Shown: positions 24,342-34,095 of the stretch, in pieces
Position numbering within the stretch: position 1 is the stretch's first letter
Layout: each line of letters begins with the position of its first letter
Assembly: GCA_964611725.1 (NCBI GenBank)
Contig: CAZTBA010000001.1
Span: 1,117 to 65,116, forward strand
Direction of reading: 5' to 3'
Length of the DNA: 64,000 nucleotides
Origin: an uncultured bacterium
GTDB taxonomy: Bacteria; Latescibacterota; CAZTBA01
Position numbers and translations under genes: made by a program
The notes under the pieces: generated by a model
Databases searched by the model: none
What the model was told of the DNA's origin: nothing
What the model saw: the letters and a program-made list of their open reading frames with translations, nothing else

Positions 24342-27300
24342 TTATCCTTGCTCCATAACCTCCCTAATGGCCCGAAGCAAATCGGGTAAAGAGTAAGGTT
24401 TCTCTAGAAATCGAAATCCTCTTTCACGGATCATAGACCACCGCACCTTCTGATCCGCATAGCCACTGCTCAGCAGTACTAAAAGTTTCGGTTTTTGAGA
24501 AAGCAATTCGTTAACCAATTGAAACCCATTTTTGCCTGGCAGGACTATGTCGCTGAAAACAAGCTTGAAATTCCCCTTTTCTCTCTCAAAGATATTTAGT
24601 GCTTCTTCTGCACTTGCAGCCTCAAATACAACGTAGCCATTCCCACTAAGCATATCCATGGCAAATTCACGAACCCCTTTTTCATCCTCTACCAGCAGAA
24701 TCCTCTCTCCTCTGCCTTGAAACTGCTGTAATGAAATCGTCTCTTTAGCCTCATCTTTCGGCCTTGCGGAAACAGCTGGCAGATAGACCTTGAACGTTGA
24801 GCCCTGCCCAGGCTCACTGTAGACGTTTATCCATCCCTCATGTTGCTTGGCGATACCATAGACAGCTGAAAGGCCGAGTCCTGTACCTCTCCCGGCTTCT
24901 TTGGTGCTGAAAAAAGGTTCGAAGATGTGTCGAATGATTTCTTTATCCATGCCTACTCCCGTATCCTCAATCGATAGACAGACAAATTTACCAGATCGGG
25001 ATTCAGGAATATCCTTACAGTAATCTTCGTCCAGACACACGTTTTCGGTCTTGATGGTGAGTTTTCCCCCTTCCGGCATGGCATCCCTTGCGTTGGCTGC
25101 CAGATTCGCGATAACCTGCTCAATTCCTCCCGCATCGGCTGAAACTGTCCAGAGCTCAGATTCCAACTTAGTGTTGATAGTAATATCCTCGCCTATGAAA
25201 CGGCCCAACATCTTCAGCAAATTGTCAACAATTCTGTTGATATTGAGCGATTTGGGCTTCATGGGCTGTTTGCGGCTGAAAAGAAGAAGCTGACTAGTAA
25301 GGTCGACCGCGCGCATAGCAGCAGAACGTGTTTGCTTCAAATCTTCATGCAAAGGGGTCGACTCATCGACCTCCGTTATCGCCAAATCGGTATAACCTTG
25401 AATAATAGTCATCAGATTTTTAATTTCGTGGGCCATCCCTCCAGCCAGCGTTCCAATAGCTTCCATTCTTTGTGCTTGGAGAAGCTGAGCTTGCATCTTT
25501 TCTTTCTCCTCCTCAACCTGCTTACGCTCGGTAATGTCAGTTACTATTCCGAGGATGGCACTCTCTCCCTCGTATTTTATCGATTTTGTCGCAACTATTG
25601 CCTCGATCCTCCTACCTCTTTTGGTGATGATTGTACATTCGTACGGAACGACCTCTTCTCCTTTCATATGCCTGCTGAAACTGGCCTTTACTCTGTCTAT
25701 AGATTCTGGTGCAATTAAGGCAAAGAAGTCGAAATCAGGAGAGTAAAACTCTTCTTTCTTGTGTCCCATAACCTCTTCGCATTTCTTATTGGTATATATT
25801 ATTCGCCCTTTCTTGTTAATAAAGATCATGCTCGGCGACTGTTCTGCGAGACTCCTAAATTTCTCCTCAGATTCTCTCAGAGCTGTCTCTACCTGCCTGC
25901 GCTCAAGAGCATTTCCGAGGATCTCTGAAAACACGCGCAAAATTGCTAAATCTTCATCCCTCCATTTTCCAACCTCCATAATATTATCGAAACCTATGAA
26001 TCCGGCGAGTTTTCCTTCCACATTTAAAGGCAATACCAGAAGCGATCTGACATCCTGACTTTCCAATATTTCCTTCTCGGCTTTTGCCTCCGCAGGCATC
26101 TTTGAAACATTTTTGACATGGATAACCTCTCCTTTACGAAGTTTCGCCATCCACCACGGAAACATCTCCGAAGGGAGATCTTGTAGATTATCTATTTGTG
26201 GACTCACTCCTTCGCCACACCATTCATGGGTGTTGTTCATCATGGCTCCGTTTTCACGGAAAGTGAAGACATACGTGCGACTCGCTCCGCTCAAGTGGCC
26301 AATATCGGCAAGTGAATTGTTAATGCTGCCGTCAATATTCGAATAACTAATAAATCGGGACGAGATACACGCAACGGTTTCTTCAAATTTTAGTCTGCGA
26401 TTGATAGTTTCCTCCATCCGCTTGCGCTCGGTGATATCACGCACAATCACCTGAACAATTCCTTTCTTCTCATCAATAATGTGAGGGCTTATCTCCACAT
26501 CTAAAACGGTTCCATTTGCTCTCTTAAACCGTGACTCAAACTGGACGTGACCCTTTTCCCATGTCTCTTGAAAAGCCTTCTCGGACATCACAAGGTTGGC
26601 CTCTGCTAGTATCATCGAAATCGTCATACTTCGTAGCTGATCCGCATCATAACCTAATACCTCGCAGGTTCTGGTGTTAACATCCAAGGTTTGGCCTTTT
26701 AAGTCGTGAATGATTATTGCGTCATTGGACCGCTCAAAAAGAGAGCGAAACTTTTCTTCGCTCTCTCGCAGTGCCCCATAGAGCTTTCCGTGTGCAATGG
26801 CAATGGCTACCTCATCCAGAAGCGGACGCATCACCTCTATCTGGTGAAGCATCTTCTCCTTCTCTTCAATCTTGCTACGTGTGGCCAAAACTGCCAGCAC
26901 CTGATCCCCCCGCTTCACTGGAATAAAATAGGATACCCGTCCTTTACGATACTCGGGTCTATCGAATTTCCGATCAAATCGGTCATCCCACCCTTCGATG
27001 GCCTTTATCTCTCCCTCGCGAGCTACCTCCGCAGTGATATTGCTATCATTCAAATCGTAACGGGTGCCAATCACTCTTTGATCGGTAGCTCTAAAAGACG
27101 GAACCACTGTATCATCAACCACATGATAGGTTAAGTTCCTTACCACCTCAACGTTTTGCTTCTGTCCGTCTACCAGAGCAATCATCAAACTGGGAAAGAT
27201 CCCGGCTTTCACTATATGCTCCGCTAGATTGTCCAGGACTTGTTCCAGGTCCAGAGACGATAAAGTTAGTTGACCAATCTTATTGAAAGCCTCCAGCAAC

Positions 27301-27884
27301 CGATTTTTCTCTTCCAGCATTTCATTGGCTTTAGAGAGTTCAGTTGTCTGCTTAGCCAACATCTCCCCCGCTCGCCTGCGTTCGGTGATATCGCGAGAGA
27401 TACCGCCAGCTATTATGCCTTTGTTTGTATTAATAGGTAAAACCAATGACTGAATGATCCGGCGCGTTCCATCGGGGCATTGGATTTCACGCCCCAGAAA
27501 CTGATTTAACCAGGATGCCTGCCCTGTTCTGAGAAAATCAAGTATTCTATTCTTATCTTGTTCATATACTTCCGGGATTTTTTGCTCTTCAGGGCTCAGC
27601 TGAACCAGAACATCCCAAAGGGGTTGGCCGATCACCTCAGTCCGCTTCAAGCCAGTAATCCGCTCTTGCCCCCGATTCCATTCAATGATAGCTCCATGTT
27701 CATCGATCACGACGATGCCGTCATCGGACTGTTCGACGATGCTACGATATTTTTCTTCACTTTCCCGCAGTTCCTTCTCCACCCGTTCATGCTCGCTCTC
27801 TGATGCTTCCGAGTCAGCAACCCTTTGGCGCAATTCTACCAGTTCCGCTATAAGCTGCTCTTTTGTCTCATTTTCATCCTTCAT
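24342..27884 (-). CDS. large hybrid sensor histidine kinase (multiple PAS, GAF, HisKA, HATPase_c, REC)
   Basis: Repeated PAS cores (RDITERK/R), a GAF-like middle, H-box GGMAHEIKNLM, N and G boxes, and receiver ILLVEDE...LVFSDIVLPG...LEKPY. Start set at ATG 27884, which forms an ATGA overlap with the upstream receiver remnant. The track start is a TTG. Confidence 0.9.
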   Translation of the reverse strand: MKDENETKEQLIAELVELRQRVADSEASESEHERVEKELRESEEKYRSIVEQSDDGIVVIDEHGAIIEWNRGQERITGLKRTEVIGQPLWDVLVQLSPEEQKIPEVYEQDKNRILDFLRTGQASWLNQFLGREIQCPDGTRRIIQSLVLPINTNKGIIAGGISRDITERRRAGEMLAKQTTELSKANEMLEEKNRLLEAFNKIGQLTLSSLDLEQVLDNLAEHIVKAGIFPSLMIALVDGQKQNVEVVRNLTYHVVDDTVVPSFRATDQRVIGTRYDLNDSNITAEVAREGEIKAIEGWDDRFDRKFDRPEYRKGRVSYFIPVKRGDQVLAVLATRSKIEEKEKMLHQIEVMRPLLDEVAIAIAHGKLYGALRESEEKFRSLFERSNDAIIIHDLKGQTLDVNTRTCEVLGYDADQLRSMTISMILAEANLVMSEKAFQETWEKGHVQFESRFKRANGTVLDVEISPHIIDEKKGIVQVIVRDITERKRMEETINRRLKFEETVACISSRFISYSNIDGSINNSLADIGHLSGASRTYVFTFRENGAMMNNTHEWCGEGVSPQIDNLQDLPSEMFPWWMAKLRKGEVIHVKNVSKMPAEAKAEKEILESQDVRSLLVLPLNVEGKLAGFIGFDNIMEVGKWRDEDLAILRVFSEILGNALERRQVETALRESEEKFRSLAEQSPSMIFINKKGRIIYTNKKCEEVMGHKKEEFYSPDFDFFALIAPESIDRVKASFSRHMKGEEVVPYECTIITKRGRRIEAIVATKSIKYEGESAILGIVTDITERKQVEEEKEKMQAQLLQAQRMEAIGTLAGGMAHEIKNLMTIIQGYTDLAITEVDESTPLHEDLKQTRSAAMRAVDLTSQLLLFSRKQPMKPKSLNINRIVDNLLKMLGRFIGEDITINTKLESELWTVSADAGGIEQVIANLAANARDAMPEGGKLTIKTENVCLDEDYCKDIPESRSGKFVCLSIEDTGVGMDKEIIRHIFEPFFSTKEAGRGTGLGLSAVYGIAKQHEGWINVYSEPGQGSTFKVYLPAVSARPKDEAKETISLQQFQGRGERILLVEDEKGVREFAMDMLSGNGYVVFEAASAEEALNIFEREKGNFKLVFSDIVLPGKNGFQLVNELLSQKPKLLVLLSSGYADQKVRWSMIRERGFRFLEKPYSLPDLLRAIREVMEQG

Positions 27885-28066
27885 CTTATGCCCCTCCAAA
27901 CAGAATCAAGTCCCGAGCCCATGCATTTCTTACGATATTGGTGGTAGGGATGGTCAGTAAAGATGATCATTACAGGAACTGATCTACTTTTCTTAATGTT
28001 TTGGAGCACTTCGATCCTGTTTCCTCCATGCATCCGAATGTCTAACCACGCTGTTTTTGGTAGTTT
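27881..28066 (-). pseudogene. 5'-truncated response-regulator gene (C-terminal half of a receiver only)
   Basis: Hand translation: ..KLPKTAWLDIRMHGGNRIEVLQNIKKSRSVPVMIIFTDHPYHQYRKKCMGSGLDSVWRGIR*. There is an in-frame TAG at 28067-28069 and no N-terminal half. Confidence 0.55.
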
Positions 28067-28681
28067 CTATATCGCATTAAGACTATGGAGCGAGTTATCT
28101 TGATGTCATCCATAAACCTGTTCAAATTATGTCCCTGGGACATTCCCCTAAAAAGAAAAAACCCTGTCCAGATTTCACCGACAAGGTCTCTTCAAATTTG
28201 GCATATAGGCCCCCTTTGCTTAGATGAAACTCTTCTAAGCTGTGGCCCGTATTGGATAGGGAGTATAGTATGAATAACCTTCCCCGAGGTTACAGAGGTA
28301 ATATAAGAAGAAGAAAACGTATGTCAAGTCTGATCTAAAACGGAAACGATCTTACAAGTGGGGTCTGCCACGTTCCTTTTTCCTTCCCACATATTTCTAA
28401 GTGGGAACTCTGGTTCCTAATACGCCTACTCTCAGGCCAAAAATATGGCCATTTGGTCCGATTTTTCCCACTTTAACACAAGGGGAGTTTCATCTTACCA
28501 ATCCCCATTTCCTAAAGTCTCCTCAAATCCCAATAAAGGGTGGTTATGGAAAACTGATCCCTAAACATCTCCACATACTCAGCTTTTCCAACCTCTCTTT
28601 TTTCTTTATAATCTCAAGGAGCTTTTTCTGACCATCGTTCGGGATTCTTTCGCCACTGGTGCCTAAAACATGTTGAATAAT

Positions 28682-28900
28682 CACTAAGTAGGTGGCCAGA
28701 AATAATTTGACATAGCATAGGAGAAATCCTTTGTGAGGATCTCTGGGGACATCTCAAGGATAACATTGCTGCCAATCGGACTTACAAAACTATACAGGAG
28801 TTGGTAGAACGTTCTCAGAGGTGGCTGTATGACCTGACACCACAGGAAATCAAAACTAAGACTGTTACTATGTCAAAATCATTTTGGCCTTCCACTTAGT
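28682..28900 (+). mobile_element. IS630-family-derived MITE/remnant (~219 bp) with imperfect ~33-bp terminal inverted repeats
   Basis: Ends are actaagtaggtggccagaaataatttgacatag / ctatgtcaaaatcattttggccttccacttagt. The interior translates to ..EDLWGHLKDNIAANRTYKTIQELVERSQRWLYDLTPQEIKTKT.., an IS630-type transposase C-terminus. The last ~78 bp are nearly identical to the reverse complement of 63922..64000. Confidence 0.65.
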
Positions 28901-29262
28901 CTATCGTAGGAGGTGCGGGTAGATAAACAAACCCGAGTCTGATAAGCGTGTTATCATGGCTTCTTCAATACCCTATTGCAATCGAATGACTTCCGGCCCG
29001 ATGAAGAATTACTTCTTCCTATCTACCCGAGTTTGACAGTTAGCGAGAATTTTCCGGATCACGATCCTTTATTCATGCGGGTCTGCAAGATCGATTCCCG
29101 GCGATTTTTAAAATTTGTCAAATTTGTGTTTTTTGAACCTTGTAAACCATTGATATCATTAGCTTTTTTTGAATTACATAACTGTCGAACTTGGGATCTA
29201 TAAAGTCTCTTCGAGATGTTCCACTAAACGGTGTGTCCCATAACTCGAAATCTTGTAGTGCT

Positions 29263-29279
29263 ATTATACAAAAAGTCTC
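29263..29279 (+). repeat. ATTATACAAAA+AGTCTC, a copy of the recombinase-arm motif found next to the integrase (candidate att half-site)
   Basis: The 11-mer is identical to 57429..57439. The following AGTCTC is identical to 57455..57460. Confidence 0.35.
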
Positions 29280-29605
29280 TGGAAATGCAGGGATTTAGCC
29301 CATATCTGCATTTATGGGATACTCAAAGAAATAGGGATCTTTTCCTTTAAATCAATACCGTAACTCCCACCGTTTCTCTAACAATTCGGGGAATGCCCCA
29401 AATTTCCATTCTGACGGCCTTTTTTTCGAAAAATGGGTAAAATGAGATGGCCAATGTAGTCTAACTTACCGTCCACTTTTTTGGGGAAAGATCAGTTGTA
29501 ATATAATGCTATCCTGGTTATCGAGCTTAAGTTCTACGACTTCCACAGAGGGTATATGCCTATCTCCATGGAAAAACACAGAAGGAACCCTTTGTTACCT
29601 AATAC

Positions 29606-30607
29606 TTACCATCTAAATTTATGAGGACCAAAGTCGGCATCATAATAAGGTACTGTTACCCTTCCGGGAGGTGCCACCTCGTCGATCCGAGTAAGATCTT
29701 TGTCAGTGATCTTCACATCCATTGCACCAAGATTATCCTCTAGCTGCTCCATTGTGCGAGGCCCGATGATTGGACTTGTAATGCCTGGCTGTTGAGCGCC
29801 CCAGGCCAAAGCAAATTGGCTAGGTGTGCAACCTTTCTCCTTGGCAATTTCCAGGACGACATCCAGCACATCAAATGCTGCATCTGTGAAAAGTCTTCCC
29901 CTTGCACTACCTTCCTGATATCTGGATCCTTCAGAAGGTTCCTCGCCACGGCGATACTTACCTGTCAGAAATCCACCAGCAAGAGGCGCCCAGGGGATCA
30001 ACGCAATACCATATGTCTGAGCCATGGGTACCAGTTCCCGCTCAATACGCCGATCCAGCAGATGATAAGGTGGTTGCTCACAGACGAAGCGATTGAGACC
30101 TAACTCCTCTGCAACCCAGAGCGATTCGACTATCTGCCAGGCTGCAAAGGTGCTGGTGCCAATGTAACGCACCTTGCCAGCATGGATCAGATCGTCAAGC
30201 GCACGTAAGGTTTCATCAATTGGTGTGTCTGAGCTGGGACGATGGAGCTGGTAGAGATCGATGTAATCGGTTTGTAGACGCTTCAGCGATGCCTCACACT
30301 GTTCCAATATATGTCGACGATGGTTCCCCTGCGCATTGGGATCCTTGTCGTCCATACGGCCATGCACTTTGGTCGCAAGTACAACCCGTGATCTTTTGCC
30401 ATTGTGCTTGAGTGCCTTACCCACTACCTCCTCGCTACGACCATGGTTATAGACATTGGCCGTATCGAGGAAGTTTATGCCCGCATCAATTGCATGATCA
30501 ATGATTTTAATCGAGTCTTTCTCATCAGTTCGACCGCCGAACATCATGCATCCCAAACAATACTTGCTTACTTTTACTCCTGTACGTCCAAGATTGCGAT
30601 ACTCCAC
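29606..30607 (-). CDS. aldo/keto reductase
   Basis: MEYRNLGRTGVKVSKYCLGCMMFGG...INFLDTANVY...GRSEE, a typical AKR N-terminus with the catalytic tetrad context. Confidence 0.9.
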   Translation of the reverse strand: MEYRNLGRTGVKVSKYCLGCMMFGGRTDEKDSIKIIDHAIDAGINFLDTANVYNHGRSEEVVGKALKHNGKRSRVVLATKVHGRMDDKDPNAQGNHRRHILEQCEASLKRLQTDYIDLYQLHRPSSDTPIDETLRALDDLIHAGKVRYIGTSTFAAWQIVESLWVAEELGLNRFVCEQPPYHLLDRRIERELVPMAQTYGIALIPWAPLAGGFLTGKYRRGEEPSEGSRYQEGSARGRLFTDAAFDVLDVVLEIAKEKGCTPSQFALAWGAQQPGITSPIIGPRTMEQLEDNLGAMDVKITDKDLTRIDEVAPPGRVTVPYYDADFGPHKFRW

Positions 30608-30730
30608 TACCCTTCTCCTTTCTCAAGTTCTTCTTTTACAAATTTTCTCAACCTCCAAAATCATACAATGGATAACAGGAACCAAAAGACGGGAGTCAGA
30701 CAAAACCATCTGGCTCCCTGGCTTTCGGCC

Positions 30731-31123
30731 TTACGCAAGCTCGATCCTTTTGTCCGACTCCCAGAGACCGTGGATGTTACATAGAGCGACAGCATGTAAT
30801 GTCCCGGCCTTGTCTGTCTTAAAGGAGAAACTGACCTCATGATTGGTATAAACCGGGCCTTCATTTGCTCCGGCAACAGACTCACCATGAGCATTGAACT
30901 CAAACTGACCGATTTCGTAGGTGAACTTATCACCGTCCGGCGAGAAGAACGCCTTGATCCAGCGAATGTGGTGCTCGGTTGTATTAGGATGTGCTATGGC
31001 CTTGCCCAGGCTCATCTTCACCTGAACCCACTCTCCCGATTTTACCTTATCAGGGCACTCGATCACAGGGACATGCTTCTCCTTTTTCCAGTCAGCCTCC
31101 TGGATCTTATCACAGATACGCAA
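30731..31123 (-). CDS. 1Fe superoxide reductase (neelaredoxin/desulfoferrodoxin ferrous-iron domain)
   Basis: EKHVPVIE...AIAHPNTTEHHIRWI...ALCNIHGLWES carry the His/Cys ligand motifs of class II SOR. Confidence 0.85.
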   Translation of the reverse strand: MRICDKIQEADWKKEKHVPVIECPDKVKSGEWVQVKMSLGKAIAHPNTTEHHIRWIKAFFSPDGDKFTYEIGQFEFNAHGESVAGANEGPVYTNHEVSFSFKTDKAGTLHAVALCNIHGLWESDKRIELA

Positions 31124-31256
31124 TTATATCACCTCCTTGCCAATTCGATTAAGTTACCTGAATGCCGATAGATCCTTACAGTTTCGCAGAAAAACAGCCA
31201 GCCTCCATATCCCTAATCTACAAACTAATTAAGAGCCTATCTGAAAACCTATTTAC

Positions 31257-31479
31257 GGGTATATTTCAACAAAGGTAGGCAAGATCGCCATCTCTTCTGC
31301 GAATTCTCATACCTGCTCGTAATATGACCAAGGATAGACTCAACAGTAGCTGTTACCTCGGAGTACGTCACCACCCAGGATATGGAGATGCCCAAACTTG
31401 CTGGAATATGCCCGGAATGAGGCACGACAGGATGGACATGCTTCTATGAGAGTTTACGTACCTTTGTTGGAATATACCC
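31257..31479. repeat. 223-bp element bounded by 21-bp inverted repeats (MITE-like)
   Basis: gggtatatttcaacaaaggta (31257-31277) versus tacctttgttggaatataccc (31459-31479), 20/21 complementary. It abuts the truncated nuclease ORF. Confidence 0.45.
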
Positions 31480-31509
31480 AGTAATCTGTGTTATACTGAT
31501 AATATCCCT

Positions 31510-31794
31510 TCAGAATCTCAATGCCAAGATCATACTGTTTTTGTTGCTCGGCTTCGGATACGGCCAGACTTCCTCATACAGGGACACCAAATAGTCCAAA
31601 TCAGGGGGACTATCCCCGGCATCCAGATAAAACCGTCCCAGGACTGAGTGAAGCACATTACCGAGGCGAAGGTAAGAGCGAGGCTTCTGAGGGAGCCTGT
31701 GGATATACCGGAGCTTATATTTGAATCCACAGTCCAAAAAGGTCGAGAGTTTTGAGTAGCTTAATCTCATAGGAGAGCCTTCCTTTCTCCGCAC
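31510..31794 (-). pseudogene. N-terminal fragment of a PD-(D/E)XK (Cas4/AddB-like) nuclease
   Basis: MRLSYSKLSTFLDCGFKYKLRYIHRLP is typical of PDDEXK_1 N-termini. The ORF stops after 94 aa and there is no continuation in any frame. Confidence 0.5.
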
Positions 31795-31970
31795 TGGCAG
31801 AGGTTAGAATCAAGATAACACAAAAGCTTCTGAAAAGCAAGGAAATAGGAAAGGAAATTGCTACTCTTCTATAGAAATATCTTCCCTGATCTTCTCCCTC
31901 TATTTTCGAGCTAAGATACTCCAGCACAGTTACTTCACAAAAGCCTTGCCTGTTAATTTTTCAAAATGCC

Positions 31971-32006
31971 CATTAACACCCTAATTAACACCCACATTAA
32001 CACCCT
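31971..32006. repeat. three tandem 12-bp units with an invariant ATTAACACCC core
   Basis: cATTAACACCCt aATTAACACCCa cATTAACACCCt. Confidence 0.7.
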
Positions 32007-32206
32007 GAAACTGCATTTTACATGCGGGTGGGACAGGGCTGGGAACCTCAAAATAACTTGCTCTGCCTTTATCAATATCATCTACACCAATCCCCTACCC
32101 TTTCCATATCCCTCAATTTTCTGAATCCCTCATATGCGACATTATCTGTTGAGATTCATCATTTCTCGTTCACTTGTACTGGGCGGGTGGGTACCTGGGC
32201 ACACAG

Positions 32207-32250
32207 AAAAAATCTGTGGAGAGGAGACGTTGCCATCCCCTCTCCACTTT
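32207..32250 (-). terminator. Rho-independent terminator (bidirectional shape)
   Basis: aaaaaa tct GTGGAGAGG-N14-CCTCTCCAC tttt, directly after the stop at 32256. Confidence 0.6.
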
Positions 32251-32255
32251 TCCTA

Positions 32256-32879
32256 TCAACACACCGAGATCGGACTTTTCGTCTTGACAGCCAGCTCTGC
32301 AAAGTCTACCAGTTCCTTTAGCCACTTGATATAGCTATCGGTTTCCTTTGGTTCCAATACTACTTTCTTTTTCACCAACCTGTTTTTCTCAAAGCTGCTT
32401 TTCTTATACTCAGTTACCATCAAGAAACTCTCCTTGCCCTTAAGCTGTAGTGCTTTCTCATACCATCTCTTGGCTGTATCCAGGAGTTCTCTGTGAAAAG
32501 AGGTATCCTTTATCATATGGTCTTCCTTATCCCTGGATGCTGAGTAGAACGGTTCAATACCCCAATCCGCTTTAGCCTCCTCGTCAATGTTATACATCAG
32601 CCACCAGCTTATAGAGTAGTCATTGTAACTTACCCTGAAGTAGCCCATCTTGCCGTTATACATCTTGTCATACCACTTTTCAACTTTCTCCTGGTAAAGT
32701 TTCTCTTCCTCTTTATCCTTGTTATACTTCGCTGCATCCCTTAGCTTCACATATTTGTAAAAATTCTTCTTATACTTCTTACGCAGAGCTTTAATCTTAG
32801 GATCTTCGAGATAGATATCCATACCCATAAATTTACGATTAAAGATTAGAAATGGTGGTTGTTCAAGCGATACCACCAA
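32256..32879 (-). CDS. hypothetical protein (Lys/Tyr-rich)
   Basis: ORF only. Confidence 0.45.
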   Translation of the reverse strand: MVVSLEQPPFLIFNRKFMGMDIYLEDPKIKALRKKYKKNFYKYVKLRDAAKYNKDKEEEKLYQEKVEKWYDKMYNGKMGYFRVSYNDYSISWWLMYNIDEEAKADWGIEPFYSASRDKEDHMIKDTSFHRELLDTAKRWYEKALQLKGKESFLMVTEYKKSSFEKNRLVKKKVVLEPKETDSYIKWLKELVDFAELAVKTKSPISVC

Positions 32880-32898
32880 AACGCTTCTCGACCTTTGT

Positions 32899-33153
32899 TT
32901 AGAACGGCAGATTATCTTTTACTCCTTGATCTTTCTTCTCCACAAGCGAGGTAAACCTAGTCTGCCTCCGTGCATAGATGGCCAGGATGTCTGGAATTTC
33001 CTCTAAAACCCTATACCATAGGTTCTTAGCGTAGTTTACGTCCAAAGCTAATCCTTCTTCCCACAAAGCTGATATGATTGCCTCTACAATCGGTCCCTTT
33101 TCAATCCATTCATAGAGATCATCATAGAGTTCAGGAATTTTGCTTTTGGTCAT
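32899..33153 (-). CDS. hypothetical protein
   Basis: ORF only. Confidence 0.4.
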   Translation of the reverse strand: MTKSKIPELYDDLYEWIEKGPIVEAIISALWEEGLALDVNYAKNLWYRVLEEIPDILAIYARRQTRFTSLVEKKDQGVKDNLPF

Positions 33154-33258
33154 AGTTTTTCACATTAATGATTATGAACCAAATCATAAGATCTGGTGGC
33201 GGTTATTCAAAGGGAACACCGCCAAACCCTTGCCCTGCTCTCAGAGCCTGCTCCAGGA

Positions 33259-33450
33259 TCACCGAGTCTTGAACGAGTCTGCAATTGCCTCCATCGTCGC
33301 ACGTCTACCTTTCTCCAGATCTTCCAATAGCTCATAAACTGTCTTGCCGGTTAGACGTACTTCTTCTGCCAGATCTTCCTCAATCTCCTGCTGCTGTGCT
33401 TCGTAGCGCAGTTTCTCATCCCCTATTTCATCAAAGTCTCTTTTCGACAT
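33259..33450 (-). CDS. hypothetical acidic 63-aa protein
   Basis: Start set at ATG 33450 behind GGAGGT. Confidence 0.4.
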   Translation of the reverse strand: MSKRDFDEIGDEKLRYEAQQQEIEEDLAEEVRLTGKTVYELLEDLEKGRRATMEAIADSFKTR

Positions 33451-33563
33451 ACTTACCTCCTTGACCGCTCCGGACAGATATGCTATAATGAAATAAGCGG
33501 GCACGGAGCGGCTTTAACTACTTAGAGTTCGACCTTTAAGGATAGGGTTGCCTGTGCCCTGCT

Positions 33564-33698
33564 TCAACCGTTCCTTATCCTGCGTTTTATCCTTGCCAAA
33601 CGGATTTTCTCATCCTGAATATTCATCAGATACTCGCCAATACTGATAAGAACTGCTACAACAAGTCCTATACCGAGTACAAAGAGAAGTATGGACAT
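33564..33698 (-). CDS. 44-aa single-pass membrane mini-protein (hand-found)
   Basis: AAAGGAGGTGAG, then ATG: MSILLFVLGIGLVVAVLISIGEYLMNIQDEKIRLARIKRRIRNG. Confidence 0.35.
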   Translation of the reverse strand: MSILLFVLGIGLVVAVLISIGEYLMNIQDEKIRLARIKRRIRNG

Positions 33699-34013
33699 AC
33701 TACTCACCTCCTTTCTCCAGCTTCTTAATTCTCAGTGCTGCCGAAAGTGTGCTGGCGACTTCCAGCTGCACTGGAAGGAGACCAAAAAACTCTGGAAATT
33801 GTCAAGGTTAATGCCTTTACTATTTTCAGATTTTTTGGTATACTGGAAGAAGGCTGGAAGTCGCCACTCTCCACAATGGTACAAATAAAGCCCCAAATTC
33901 CGTCAATGAGCCAGGCGGTTGTGTGTATATCTTAACAACCCCTGGCGAATAGGGATTTGGGGCGACTCTAAGGACCTTTAGGGGTGGGCGGGCGGGTATC
34001 TCTCCCTCCCCTT

Positions 34014-34054
34014 AAAAAAACAGCCTCCCAGATATTCTGAGAGGCTGTTTTTTT
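34014..34054 (-). terminator. Rho-independent terminator (bidirectional shape)
   Basis: aaaaaaa CAGCCTC-N13-GAGGCTG ttttttt, 42 nt after the stop at 34096. Confidence 0.6.
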
Positions 34055-34095
34055 CTGATGTGAGTTTTCTAAATCATATTTCGATAGCCATCTGC

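Noticed and set aside
28384-28490. Recurrent GTGGGAA/TTCCCAC motifs (a hairpin at 28384-28408 and a 10-bp IR pair ~70 bp apart) resembling the IS630 TIR tip
   Set aside because: The matches are only 7-10 bp in AT-poor simple sequence. That is not enough to call another MITE.
31971-32006. Possibility that the 12-bp tandem repeats are a CRISPR array
   Set aside because: The units are directly adjacent with 2-nt linkers, so there are no spacers. The repeats are far too short, and there are no cas genes in the window.
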